Shown here: in pieces, positions 10,289 to 19,396 of the stretch | How positions within the stretch are numbered: the stretch's first letter is position 1 | How the letters are laid out: each line of letters starts with the position of its first letter | Assembly (NCBI GenBank): GCA_041663145.1 | Contig: JBAZRG010000001.1 | Location: 156,942-220,941 of the forward strand | DNA length: 64,000 nt | Source of the DNA: Minisyncoccota bacterium | GTDB taxonomy: Bacteria; Patescibacteriota; Minisyncoccia; Phycocordibacterales; PALSA-1337 | Direction: 5' to 3' | The notes under the pieces: model-generated | What the model saw: only the letters and a program-made list of their open reading frames with translations | The model's database searches: none | What the model was told of the DNA's origin: nothing | Made by a program: the position numbers and the translations under genes

Positions 10289-11449
10289 ATGTCTCCGTTA
10301 TTTTCATCCACAAAAAAAGAACTTACTTTGATACTAGATGTACAAAGCAGTGTCATCCGTGGTTCTCTAGTTCTTCTCGATAATATTGGCTCTCATCCAC
10401 ATGTCATGTTCACATACAATGCCAATGTTCCATGGAAACCTCATACCGATGTCGCTTATCTCGTAAAGACAACACTAAAAGCTATTGACGAAACCATAAA
10501 TGCAATAAGACGAAATCTCAGGCTTAGACATACAAAACCGTGTGATTTACCAAAAAGGATCCGATCCGTACACTTTGTACTATCTTCACCGTGGATAGTT
10601 TCTGATGCCAAAATCTTACTTTCAGAATTCAGTAAAAATCAAGAAGTAAGTAAAGACCAAATCCTAAAGATGATTGCGGATGAAAGATCCAAACTGGCCA
10701 AAGAAGATGACAAGGAAATACAAGTCATCGAACAGAAAATATTCGATGTCAGACTAAATGGCTATTCGATCAAAGATTGGGAGGGTAAATCAGCCAAAAA
10801 ACTCGAAGTTTCATACACCGTGAGTGTAGCTGGGACTCGGATGATCGAAAAACTAAAAAACCTATGCAATCACGATATCCATGGCTGTGAAGTTTCTTTT
10901 CATTCTTCACTACTGCTCCAGGTTATTGGTTTCGGTATTGTCATGCCACATGTCGAAAGTTACGTCTTAGTTCATGTCCACGGAGAATTGACAGAATTCG
11001 CAATCGTTCAAAATCAACTCTGTGAATTTTTCGGATCATATCCGATAGGAGTGAAAACGATGGTCCGTAATATAGCAAATGTCTCGAAAATTGACCAACA
11101 GGCAGCAGATTCACTTTTGACACTATATATTGGTGGACATTTGGACAAGGAATATGGACACGATCAAACGGATATGATAACCACCATAAGCAAAGATTGG
11201 ACTGAAGAAATGAAAAAATTATTGAAAAATCACGCCGAGATCGGGACATTGCCACAATCAATGGTAGTTTCAGCATGGTCACATGACGATCTATTCATAA
11301 AAGTATTGCGTGACGAATATCCAGGTGCCAGAATCGGTTTGATTGAGATAGACGAGATACTGCCATTTGTCTCATATGATGATTTGTCAGAACGAAGACG
11401 ACTGACCGGCCTCTATGCTCTAGCTATTCACAGCATGAGTAAAAAGTGA
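10289..11449 (+). CDS. hypothetical protein, possibly actin-like ATPase fold (FtsA/PilM-like)
   Basis: 386 aa with weak resemblance to FtsA/PilM family segments (LILDVQSSVIRGSLVL; HVHGELTEFAIV). The family assignment is tentative. Confidence 0.3.
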   Translation: MSPLFSSTKKELTLILDVQSSVIRGSLVLLDNIGSHPHVMFTYNANVPWKPHTDVAYLVKTTLKAIDETINAIRRNLRLRHTKPCDLPKRIRSVHFVLSSPWIVSDAKILLSEFSKNQEVSKDQILKMIADERSKLAKEDDKEIQVIEQKIFDVRLNGYSIKDWEGKSAKKLEVSYTVSVAGTRMIEKLKNLCNHDIHGCEVSFHSSLLLQVIGFGIVMPHVESYVLVHVHGELTEFAIVQNQLCEFFGSYPIGVKTMVRNIANVSKIDQQAADSLLTLYIGGHLDKEYGHDQTDMITTISKDWTEEMKKLLKNHAEIGTLPQSMVVSAWSHDDLFIKVLRDEYPGARIGLIEIDEILPFVSYDDLSERRRLTGLYALAIHSMSKK

Positions 11450-11473
11450 TTTTGTGTTATTGTTAACAAAACA

Positions 11474-12805
11474 ATGCCAAGAAGAGTCCAAGACATATTA
11501 CCTAGTGAACGCCGTTCTATCAGAGATATTCCTCTACATAAAGAAGATAAGAGGAGTGTACTTAAACGTTTACCTATAACACCTCCAGTCGAAAAAGAAA
11601 AGAAAATAGAAAGAGATAGAGATAGAGATCTAGACATAGAAAAACGCCCAAGCCGAATAAAATGGTTGCTGATCGCTCTCGGAATAGTTGTGGTCATTTC
11701 TGGTTTTGCTTATGTGGCATCTTCTTACTATTCGAGAGCTATTTTTACCATAGTTCCAAAAGTGCTAGACATTACAGTTAATAGTACCTATGTTGCCCAG
11801 GCTACACCCGGAGATGGTGTCTTATCTTACAAACTAGTAACATTATCAAGAACAGCTTCAACAACGGTTCCTGCTACAGATGGACAGGTAATATCTACAA
11901 AAGCCCAGGGTTCAATTGTCCTATACAATTATTTTAGCACGCAAGCCGTTCGTCTGATTGCTGGCACACGATTGTCCGTGGATGGCGTTCATATATATCG
12001 TCTACCCAATTCCATTTCCATACCCGGATACAAAAATCCATCAGGTACCATCATTCCAGGAACATTGAAAGTCACGGTCGTAGCAGATGCCGCCGGGCAG
12101 GACTATAACATATCGAAATTAGACTCAAGTCAAGATTGGAAAATAGTCGCCTATAAAGGCACTGCCAGATATGAAAAGGTCTACGGTAAAATTTCAACTG
12201 ATATTACTGGCGGTTGGAGTGGCACAAAAAAGACGGTTAGTCCGACTGTACTAGCTTCGACTACAACAAGCCTAAAAAATCAATTAACGAACAATCTGTT
12301 TTCAGAGATCAAGACTTCTATTCCAGAAGGGTATATCTTGTACGACGGTATGCAGGTTTCTTCGTTCACTCAACCCACAGTATCTGGAAATGCTAAAAAT
12401 TCCGCTATTGTGACTGTTTCAGGAACTGTTACGGCTATATTATTCAAAGAAAGCGAACTGGTCGATAAATTCTCAGGTAACAAAGCAGATACAACATTCG
12501 GTAAATTGGGCTACGCTGATCCGGAACTTGACAAAATAGATATTAGCATTGCCAATATCAAGGATTTTTCTCCACAAAAAAAGGGAGCACTTATTCTAAA
12601 AGCCAAAGGTGAATTGGCTTTGGTTGGCAATATTCCGATTGTCGAGATAACACAAAAACTGCAAGGACTATCATCGGCCGAGAGTAAAACTTTATTAAGT
12701 CAATACAATTCAGTTATCGAATCCGCCTCCGGAGAAATAGCGCCACCGTGGGCAAAAATACCAACAAATCCGGACCGTATTAGAATTACTGTCGAAAAAC
12801 CCTAG
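11474..12805 (+). CDS. hypothetical membrane-anchored protein (charged cytoplasmic N-terminus, one TM, large external domain)
   Basis: ~65-aa Lys/Arg/Asp-rich N-terminal region, then the TM helix [18 protein letters not shown], then a Ser/Thr-rich extracellular region. Confidence 0.45.
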   Translation: MPRRVQDILPSERRSIRDIPLHKEDKRSVLKRLPITPPVEKEKKIERDRDRDLDIEKRPSRIKWLLIALGIVVVISGFAYVASSYYSRAIFTIVPKVLDITVNSTYVAQATPGDGVLSYKLVTLSRTASTTVPATDGQVISTKAQGSIVLYNYFSTQAVRLIAGTRLSVDGVHIYRLPNSISIPGYKNPSGTIIPGTLKVTVVADAAGQDYNISKLDSSQDWKIVAYKGTARYEKVYGKISTDITGGWSGTKKTVSPTVLASTTTSLKNQLTNNLFSEIKTSIPEGYILYDGMQVSSFTQPTVSGNAKNSAIVTVSGTVTAILFKESELVDKFSGNKADTTFGKLGYADPELDKIDISIANIKDFSPQKKGALILKAKGELALVGNIPIVEITQKLQGLSSAESKTLLSQYNSVIESASGEIAPPWAKIPTNPDRIRITVEKP

Positions 12806-12812
12806 CGACTAT

Positions 12813-12841
12813 TGACTTATTTAGCCATTATCTGCTAATAT
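12813..12841 (+). promoter_or_regulatory. sigma-70-like promoter candidate upstream of infA and the ribosomal cluster
   Basis: TTGACT (12813-12818), a 17-nt spacer, then TAATAT (12836-12841), about 20 nt upstream of the infA ATG. Confidence 0.35.
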
Positions 12842-12861
12842 CTTTTGGCATCCCCCAATCA

Positions 12862-13083
12862 ATGGAAATCGCGTCCAAACCCAAAAATCCAGCTAATGGC
12901 ACTGTCGTAGAGGCGTTGCCAAATACGTTGTTTCGGGTAGAGCTACAAGACACCAAGGAAGTCATACTGGCATATCTAGCCGGTAAGATGCGAATGAATC
13001 GCATCAGAGTTCTCATCGGTGATAAGGTAGAATTGGAACTCGATCCATACGGAGGAAAAGCACGAATAAGTAGACGTCTATAA
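12862..13083 (+). CDS. infA: translation initiation factor IF-1
   Basis: [16 protein letters not shown]...[23 protein letters not shown] matches the IF-1 pattern. Confidence 0.85.
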   Translation: MEIASKPKNPANGTVVEALPNTLFRVELQDTKEVILAYLAGKMRMNRIRVLIGDKVELELDPYGGKARISRRL

Positions 13084-13087
13084 TATT

Positions 13088-13204
13088 ATGAAAGTCAAAG
13101 CCGCAGTCAAGAAAATTTGTCCGAAATGTAGCGTAGTCCGTCGTGGCGGATACGTCTATGTCGTATGTAAGGCAAATCCAAGACACAAGCAACGCCAGGG
13201 TTAA
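13088..13204 (+). CDS. rpmJ: ribosomal protein L36 (below the size cutoff of the supplied ORF track)
   Basis: Translation [38 protein letters not shown] shows the L36 zinc-ribbon signature. It sits in the conserved infA-rpmJ-rpsM position. Confidence 0.8.
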   Translation: MKVKAAVKKICPKCSVVRRGGYVYVVCKANPRHKQRQG

Positions 13205-13236
13205 TATCTTTTAAGATAAACAAAATTTCAATTTCA

Positions 13237-13617
13237 ATGAGAATATTAGGAATAACAATACCAGACAATCAGCGCATGGAAATCGCCCTAACGGCCGTTT
13301 ACGGTATCGGACGCGCTCGATCACGTTTCATTCTCGAAAAGACCAAAGTCAGTCCGGACAAGAAATCAAAAGATCTTACTGTTGATGAAGAAAATACCAT
13401 TCGCAAGTTGATCGAGTCATTCAAGATTGAAGGGGATTTGAAAAGAGAAGTTGCTGGTAACATCAAGCGTTTGAAAGACATCAAAGCATATAGAGGTTCC
13501 AGACACGCTCGCCATTTACCAGCTCGCGGTCAGCGTACGAAGACCAATTCACGAACTGTTCGAGGTAACGTGAGAAAGACAATGGGATCCGGTAAGAGAA
13601 AGGAAGAAAAGAAATAA
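13237..13617 (+). CDS. rpsM: ribosomal protein S13
   Basis: MRILGITIPDNQRMEIALTAVYGIGRARS... Confidence 0.9.
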   Translation: MRILGITIPDNQRMEIALTAVYGIGRARSRFILEKTKVSPDKKSKDLTVDEENTIRKLIESFKIEGDLKREVAGNIKRLKDIKAYRGSRHARHLPARGQRTKTNSRTVRGNVRKTMGSGKRKEEKK

Positions 13618-13626
13618 TCAACCACC

Positions 13627-14058
13627 ATGGGTAAAAAAAGAATTGTTACTACAAATCAAGGAGAAGGAGAAAACGGAGCGGCAAATAGCCAGCCAGTTTC
13701 TTCGAGGAAACGTATCGATACCGGCGTTTTGTACGTACAGTCTACATACAACAACACCAAACTCATGTTGACTGACAAAAAAGGCAATGCTCTCATGTGG
13801 GGTTCGAGTGGTGCGGCTGGATTCCGTGGAGCAAAGAAGGGTACTCCATTTGCCGCAGCGAAAGTCGGTGAGACACTAGCTCTCAAAGCTCAAAACCTCG
13901 GACTCAAAGAGATCGACGTTGTCGTAAAAGGCGTCGGCTCGGGAAGAGAGTCGGCAATTCGTGGTTTTATCAGCAAAGGAGTGTTGATCTCATCGATCAA
14001 GGATGAGACACCTGTACCATTTAACGGTCCAAAGCCGAAAAAGCCTCGACGAGTCTAA
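13627..14058 (+). CDS. rpsK: ribosomal protein S11
   Basis: Conserved S11 core ...GSSGAAGFRGAKKGTPFAAAKVGE... Confidence 0.9.
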   Translation: MGKKRIVTTNQGEGENGAANSQPVSSRKRIDTGVLYVQSTYNNTKLMLTDKKGNALMWGSSGAAGFRGAKKGTPFAAAKVGETLALKAQNLGLKEIDVVVKGVGSGRESAIRGFISKGVLISSIKDETPVPFNGPKPKKPRRV

Positions 14059-14079
14059 TTCACATAATATTTTAATACC

Positions 14080-14688
14080 ATGAAAATAGGTCCACGTTAC
14101 AAAAAGGCACGATATCTGGGAGCACCAGTCTTTCGAAAGACTCAGACTCAGAAATACGCCATGCGCGCTCAACGCAAAGCAAAGACCATGGGTAAGAGAC
14201 GTGGAACAAAGAGTGAATACGGCAAACAAATGCTCGAAAAGCAGAAAGCCCGTTTTAGCTACGGAGTTTCTGGCAAACAATTCACCAAATACGTAAAACA
14301 AGCTCTAAAGACTGAAGGTGACAATGCAAAAAACCTCATGAGAATATTGGAAGGTCGACTAGACAATGTCATGGTTCGTGCCGGCTTTGCTCCGACTCGA
14401 TCCGCGGCCAGACAAATGGCGTCTCACGGTCACATCAAGGTTAACGGTATTATCGTGACTGTACCATCGTATGAAGTCCAGCTCGGTGATATCCTGACTA
14501 TCAGAGATGGTAGCAAAGGCAAGGTTATTTTTGCTAATCTGGACGAGGAATTGAAGACATTCAAGTCACCTGCATGGCTCATTGTGAATCCTGATAAAAA
14601 AGAGATCACCGTAAATGCCGAACCGAGTGTAGATATGACTGAGCTCCTTTTTGACGTAAGACAGGTGCTCGAGTTCTACACACGCTAG
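14080..14688 (+). CDS. rpsD: ribosomal protein S4
   Basis: MKIGPRYKKARYLGAPVF... and an S4 domain. Confidence 0.9.
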   Translation: MKIGPRYKKARYLGAPVFRKTQTQKYAMRAQRKAKTMGKRRGTKSEYGKQMLEKQKARFSYGVSGKQFTKYVKQALKTEGDNAKNLMRILEGRLDNVMVRAGFAPTRSAARQMASHGHIKVNGIIVTVPSYEVQLGDILTIRDGSKGKVIFANLDEELKTFKSPAWLIVNPDKKEITVNAEPSVDMTELLFDVRQVLEFYTR

Positions 14689-14744
14689 ACATATATTACT
14701 TTTAGTGTATAATTAACCGTCTATTTTATAACTACAAAAAAACC

Positions 14745-15716
14745 ATGACCTACGAAGTCGTTTTACCTTCAAAACCAAAAGTCATCCGTGAAGACGGAGT
14801 AAGTGGCGTATACGAAATCGACGGTTTGTATCCGGGATACGGACACACTCTAGGAAACTCCTTGAGACGTATTATTTTATCATCTTTACCGGGCGCGGCT
14901 GTCACAAAGGTTAAGATCAAAGGTGTCTCACATGAATTTTCAACCATTGATGGTGTCAAAGAAGACGTCATCACTATATTGCTAGCTCTAAAGAAACTCC
15001 GATTGCGACTCGATACAGATGAGCCGCAAATTTTGACTTTGTCTATAAAGGGAGCGAAGGATGTTACAGCAAAAGATATTACTGTACCAGGACAAGCCGA
15101 GATATTGACTCCAGATTTACACATTGCAACTCTTACTGAGAAGAATGCGGAGATAGATATGGAAATTACCGTAGAAAAAGGACTAGGTTATGTATCAAAA
15201 GAAGTCTTACAAAAAGAAAGAGTCGATATCGGTTCGATCACGCTCGATGCCGCATTTACACCTATTCGCAAAGCAAACTATGAAGTAGAAAACATGCGCG
15301 TTGGTGACAGGACTGACTTCAATCGCCTCCGTCTTTCAATAGAGACTGATGGTACGATCTCTCCTCGAGAGGCCATGGAGTTGTCGATCATTCAGATGAT
15401 AAATCAGCTCAAATCAATTGTTGGATTCAAAGAAGAGGATGCCCCAAATATTATCGCCGAGAAGACTGAATCGCCTGATGAAATCCATGAAAAGTCAGTA
15501 AAAGATGTTGATACCGAGCTTCTAAAGACTCGTATCGATTCATTTGGACTTTCAGCCAGAACAACAAAAGCTTTGACTGCCGGTAATATCAGGACTCTAG
15601 GTGGACTAGCTCGTAAGAAAGAGTCCGATATCATGGATGTGGATGGCTTGGGCGCCAAGGGTATGCAAGAGATCAAAAAATTATTAGCACAGCATGGCAT
15701 CACATTAAAACAGTAA
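14745..15716 (+). CDS. rpoA: DNA-directed RNA polymerase alpha subunit
   Basis: Conserved position after rpsD and alpha-subunit NTD/CTD patterns. Confidence 0.9.
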   Translation: MTYEVVLPSKPKVIREDGVSGVYEIDGLYPGYGHTLGNSLRRIILSSLPGAAVTKVKIKGVSHEFSTIDGVKEDVITILLALKKLRLRLDTDEPQILTLSIKGAKDVTAKDITVPGQAEILTPDLHIATLTEKNAEIDMEITVEKGLGYVSKEVLQKERVDIGSITLDAAFTPIRKANYEVENMRVGDRTDFNRLRLSIETDGTISPREAMELSIIQMINQLKSIVGFKEEDAPNIIAEKTESPDEIHEKSVKDVDTELLKTRIDSFGLSARTTKALTAGNIRTLGGLARKKESDIMDVDGLGAKGMQEIKKLLAQHGITLKQ

Positions 15717-15754
15717 TTATCCGCAGGATTCAGAATTAAACATTTCTTATCAAC

Positions 15755-16105
15755 ATGAGGCACCATTCAAACGTCAGAAAATTCGGTCGCGAGAAAACAC
15801 AAAGACATGCTCTTATGCGCTCTTTGGCTCGCAACCTCATTCGTGATTCTCGAATCCAAACCACTACAGCAAAGGCCAAGGAACTTCGACCATTCGTCGA
15901 AAAACTTGTTACAGAGGCTAAGTCCGATACAGTCGCCTCAAGACGACATATCGTTTCAAATATTCATAGTCCTGTTGAGACAAAAAAACTCATAAACGTA
16001 ATAGCCCCGAATTATAAAAATCGCAACGGTGGCTATACCAGAATTATCCGTTTGCCAAATCGTGACTTGGATGGTAGCCCTATGTCACTAATCGAATTTG
16101 TATAA
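15755..16105 (+). CDS. rplQ: ribosomal protein L17
   Basis: MRHHSNVRKFGREKTQRHALMRSLARNLI... Confidence 0.9.
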   Translation: MRHHSNVRKFGREKTQRHALMRSLARNLIRDSRIQTTTAKAKELRPFVEKLVTEAKSDTVASRRHIVSNIHSPVETKKLINVIAPNYKNRNGGYTRIIRLPNRDLDGSPMSLIEFV

Positions 16106-16106
16106 C

Positions 16107-16451
16107 ATGAAATACACCATCGACGCACAAGGAAAGAAATTGGGAAGAATCGCTAGCCAGGCGGCCTCTATACTCATGGGCAAAAATGTCCCAACATTTG
16201 AAAAGAACAAAGTTTCTGGTGGCATAGTTGAGATCACAAACTCTGGCAGACTCGATATCACAGCTCTAAAGAAGACTCGAGATATTCATGTCACTTATAC
16301 AGGTCACAGAGGCGGACTCAATTCTGAAAGTCTGGGACATATGATCGGCCGAGTAGGTATGCCGACGGTTCTTCGCCAGGCTGTATCTAGAATGCTCCCG
16401 AACAACAAGCTTCGTCCGCTCCGCATGAAAAATTTGATTATTACCGAATAA
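16107..16451 (+). CDS. rplM: ribosomal protein L13
   Basis: MKYTIDAQGKKLGRIASQAASILMGKN... The start was chosen at the ATG immediately after the rplQ stop. Confidence 0.85.
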   Translation: MKYTIDAQGKKLGRIASQAASILMGKNVPTFEKNKVSGGIVEITNSGRLDITALKKTRDIHVTYTGHRGGLNSESLGHMIGRVGMPTVLRQAVSRMLPNNKLRPLRMKNLIITE

Positions 16452-16456
16452 TACCG

Positions 16457-16873
16457 ATGACCATGACAGCAACTACCGCAACAAAAAAATATTTCGAAGC
16501 CGTCGGCAGACGCAAGACTGCTATTGCCCGTGTTCGCATGTTTCCAGGCACAAAGGCTGGATACGAGATCAATGGCAAAACACTCGAAGCCTATTTTCCT
16601 ATAAAGGAGATGCAAATTACTGCCACTGAGGCCATCGCCCATGGCAAACCTGCTGAGAAGTTCCATATCACGGTCAAACTCGTCGGTGGAGGCGTTTCAG
16701 CCCAATCAGAGGCCATGCGACACGGTATAGCTCGAGCTCTTACTCTATATGATGCCCAGATCCGTGGTCCACTCAAGAAACTCGGTTTTATGAAACGAGA
16801 CCCACGAGCCAAGGAACGCAGAAAGTTCGGTTTGAAAAAAGCTCGCAAGTCTCCACAGTGGAGTAAGAGATAA
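16457..16873 (+). CDS. rpsI: ribosomal protein S9
   Basis: ...VGRRKTAIARV... and the C-terminal ...RKFGLKKARKSPQWSKR. Confidence 0.9.
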   Translation: MTMTATTATKKYFEAVGRRKTAIARVRMFPGTKAGYEINGKTLEAYFPIKEMQITATEAIAHGKPAEKFHITVKLVGGGVSAQSEAMRHGIARALTLYDAQIRGPLKKLGFMKRDPRAKERRKFGLKKARKSPQWSKR

Positions 16874-16899
16874 ATTACCGCCACAGTATATATTAGATA

Positions 16900-16936
16900 A
16901 ACTCCCACTTTCGTTATTCGAGGGTGGGAGTTTTTA
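16900..16936 (+). terminator. rho-independent terminator after rpsI
   Basis: 9-bp stem AACTCCCAC/GTGGGAGTT followed by a T-tract. Confidence 0.6.
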
Positions 16937-16993
16937 GCTTTCAAAACATAATCACAATTTTATCAGGATTTTATCCATTCCTGATATATTCGT

Positions 16994-17539
16994 TTGATGG
17001 ACGAAATAGCTAGAAATATTGCATTCATAGACGGACAAAATCTGTATATGGGAACTGCCAAGCGAAAGGTTGATCCGTGGAAGATAAATCTCAGGCGATT
17101 TCGTGTGTACTTAAAGGAAAAATATGCTGTCGATAGGGCATATTATTTTTTAGGCTATGTGCAAAACATAAGTCGAGAATTATACGACGAAATTCAAAAT
17201 ACTGGCTTTATACTCAAATTTCGAGAGCATAATCGTGCAATGATCGGAAAGAAAAAAGGTAATGTGGATTCGGATATCATTTTTCACATAATGAAGAAAA
17301 TATACAAGAAAGAGGACTTTGGGAAGGTTCTCATCGTATCTGGTGACGGTGATTACAAACTACTAGTCGATTTTTTGATAGAAGAGCAAAGATTTGGAAA
17401 GATTCTATTTCCAGATCTTGATAGAGCATCCTCTTTATATAAAAACCTATCAAACAATTACTTCGCAAGTTTAGATGATAGGAATGTTAGGGCAAAAATA
17501 TCAATGAATTATTCAGACAAAAAGAAAAGGGTGCCTTAG
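16994..17539 (+). CDS. NYN-domain (LabA-like) protein, putative RNase
   Basis: IAFIDGQNLY ... VSGDGDYKLLVDFL are typical NYN/LabA motifs. Confidence 0.55.
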   Translation: MMDEIARNIAFIDGQNLYMGTAKRKVDPWKINLRRFRVYLKEKYAVDRAYYFLGYVQNISRELYDEIQNTGFILKFREHNRAMIGKKKGNVDSDIIFHIMKKIYKKEDFGKVLIVSGDGDYKLLVDFLIEEQRFGKILFPDLDRASSLYKNLSNNYFASLDDRNVRAKISMNYSDKKKRVP

Positions 17540-17664
17540 GTAATTAGCCGTTCGGACCCCCTTTCGTCGTAGTAGGTATATACTAGCTGACTCAAAATCA
17601 AAAATCAACTTCCATTAACATCAAATGCATGTTATAGTCATTTTAGACCAAAAAGTGATTATCT

Positions 17665-17997
17665 ATGTCAAATCTAAACAATAGATTGCTCTCCAAACTG
17701 CTATGGATATACTATTGGGTCATATCCAAAATCCTGTGGAAAAGACGTCGCAGGAGAACACACAAACTTCATCAACTAATTCAACAGATCATCAGTTCAA
17801 ACGGGGACAGTGGGGCAATTGCTACATTTGAAGTCTGTGAGCACTACCACGAATACTACTGTATTCCTCTGGAGAAAGCCGGTTTCAAAGGTACACTAAA
17901 TGACCTGCGTCAACAGGCCACAAAATCAGTCGAAAGAGCCCACAAACGCGAAGAAGAAACTCTTAGAAACGCGGCTGTTTACGTTCGGAATTCCTAA
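17665..17997 (+). CDS. hypothetical protein
   Basis: 110-aa ORF with an N-terminal hydrophobic segment then an RRRRR tract. No recognised family. Confidence 0.3.
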   Translation: MSNLNNRLLSKLLWIYYWVISKILWKRRRRRTHKLHQLIQQIISSNGDSGAIATFEVCEHYHEYYCIPLEKAGFKGTLNDLRQQATKSVERAHKREEETLRNAAVYVRNS

Positions 17998-18026
17998 CGA
18001 GAATCGTACCAATAAACAGTCACGTC

Positions 18027-18050
18027 TGGCGCATATTGCGCCATTTTTTA
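18027..18050 (+). terminator. rho-independent terminator
   Basis: TGGCGCA-TAT-TGCGCCA perfect 7-bp stem followed by TTTTTT. Confidence 0.5.
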
Positions 18051-18126
18051 TTGAGCTAAATGCAGTAGACGAAATAAATGAACAATAAATATTGCATCAA
18101 CAGATTTTTTCCTATATGCTTTATGA

Positions 18127-18726
18127 ATGATGAAACAAAAAGATGAAACAGAAAATGTTAATGATATAGAGCCGATAAAAGGTTCAGATTCAGGATCCAA
18201 TGAATTCCTCGATGATTCTGTTGTCGCTGAAGAAAATGCCACAGAAGCCATAAAAAAGCTCAAAGAAAAGCTCAAAACCTGCGAGGCAGAAAAGACTGAA
18301 TACTTAGTAGGGTGGCAAAGGGCAAAAGCTGATCAGATCAATGCTCGTAAGCGAGAAGAAGAAGAAAGAAAAGAATTCATAAAATTTTCCAATGAACGCC
18401 TGATAGAAAGTCTCATACCAGTATTGGAAAGCTTCGATATGGCGATTGGTAATAAAGTCGCTTGGGAGAAAGTCGATCAAAACTGGCGAACAGGAGTCGA
18501 GTATATTTATTCTCAACTAAAGAAGGTCCTTTCGGATGTTGGCCTTCAAGAGATCAATCCAGAAGGTGATGCCTTTGATCATAACCGCGATGAAGCCATA
18601 GAATATGTACCCGCTAAAACAAAAGCGGAACATCACAAAATTCTTTCCGTAGTCCAAAAAGGCTATTCTTTGAATAATAAATCATTACGACCACCAAAAG
18701 TAAAAGTGGGGGAGTGGAAGGAATAA
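18127..18726 (+). CDS. grpE: nucleotide exchange factor GrpE
   Basis: GrpE coiled-coil and C-terminal domain pattern (...RLIESLIPVLESFDMA...). It lies upstream of dnaK. Confidence 0.85.
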   Translation: MMKQKDETENVNDIEPIKGSDSGSNEFLDDSVVAEENATEAIKKLKEKLKTCEAEKTEYLVGWQRAKADQINARKREEEERKEFIKFSNERLIESLIPVLESFDMAIGNKVAWEKVDQNWRTGVEYIYSQLKKVLSDVGLQEINPEGDAFDHNRDEAIEYVPAKTKAEHHKILSVVQKGYSLNNKSLRPPKVKVGEWKE

Positions 18727-18749
18727 TTTGAGAATTTTATCTCGTATTA

Positions 18750-18892
18750 CCCCAACATAATGTTCCCAGAACAATCCGAGTATGCGATTGAGCTTCGAAA
18801 AATTACCCGTGTTTGGTGAAGCCTTGGAACCAAACACGGTTGTAATTTGAGAAGCGATTACGCAGGATTGTGACGGGAACATTATGTTGGGG
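18750..18892. repeat. MITE-like imperfect palindromic repeat element, copy 1 (~143 bp, 18-bp terminal inverted repeats CCCCAACATAATGTTCCC / GGGAACATTATGTTGGGG)
   Basis: A near-identical copy in reverse-complement orientation lies at 28050-28191. Internal nested hairpin CCGTGTTTGG...CCAAACACGG. Confidence 0.7.
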
Positions 18893-19108
18893 TTTATGCA
18901 TAACATAAATTGTTGAATTTTAACTTTTCTTGTAGTACCATAGATGCATAAACATGCTTACACCCTATTATCAACCACAATTTCTTTCAAGAGTCTTCAC
19001 AGATCCTACGGGTCGTCAGTTTCGATTGACTTTCCTTGTCGCTCTCGTAAATGGTGAACTAAAGGGCCGTCTAGTATCTGCCGAACCTCTATCTCAAAAT
19101 ACATCTTA

Positions 19109-19360
19109 TCACTCCATTTCCTGTGGTACGACTGATAATATTTGCCTACCGATCATCTGTTCTTCAAAAACACCTTCAACTCCATATATTCCATCATTTG
19201 CCCCTGTCGTTTCTCCATATTTTTCTCTAGAATTTCTCATAAATAGCCAACCTACGAGAGCTCCTGCGAACCTATCGTAGTTTCGATCTATAAAAGTCTT
19301 GATTGAAGACATAATAAGTCTAATGTCGATCAACACTTCTAATACATAATCTGTATTCAA
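19109..19360 (-). CDS. hypothetical small protein (weak)
   Basis: 83-aa ORF divergent from dnaK, in a 500-bp gap that is otherwise noncoding. No family recognised. Confidence 0.2.
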   Translation of the reverse strand: MNTDYVLEVLIDIRLIMSSIKTFIDRNYDRFAGALVGWLFMRNSREKYGETTGANDGIYGVEGVFEEQMIGRQILSVVPQEME

Positions 19361-19369
19361 TACAGAATT
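19341..19369 (+). promoter_or_regulatory. operator-like palindrome with three alternating half-sites, adjacent to a TATAAT box upstream of dnaK
   Basis: AATACA-TAATC-TGTATT-CA-ATACAGAATT forms overlapping inverted repeats. TATAAT lies at 19375-19380 and the dnaK ATG at 19397. Confidence 0.35.
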
Positions 19370-19396
19370 ACTAATATAATCACTGAATAAATCTCT

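Noticed and set aside
18685-18906. 73-aa minus-strand ORF (and a 117-aa minus ORF at 28122-28475) overlapping the repeat elements
   Set aside because: Their similar translations arise only because both lie across the same palindromic repeat, so they are unlikely to be genes.
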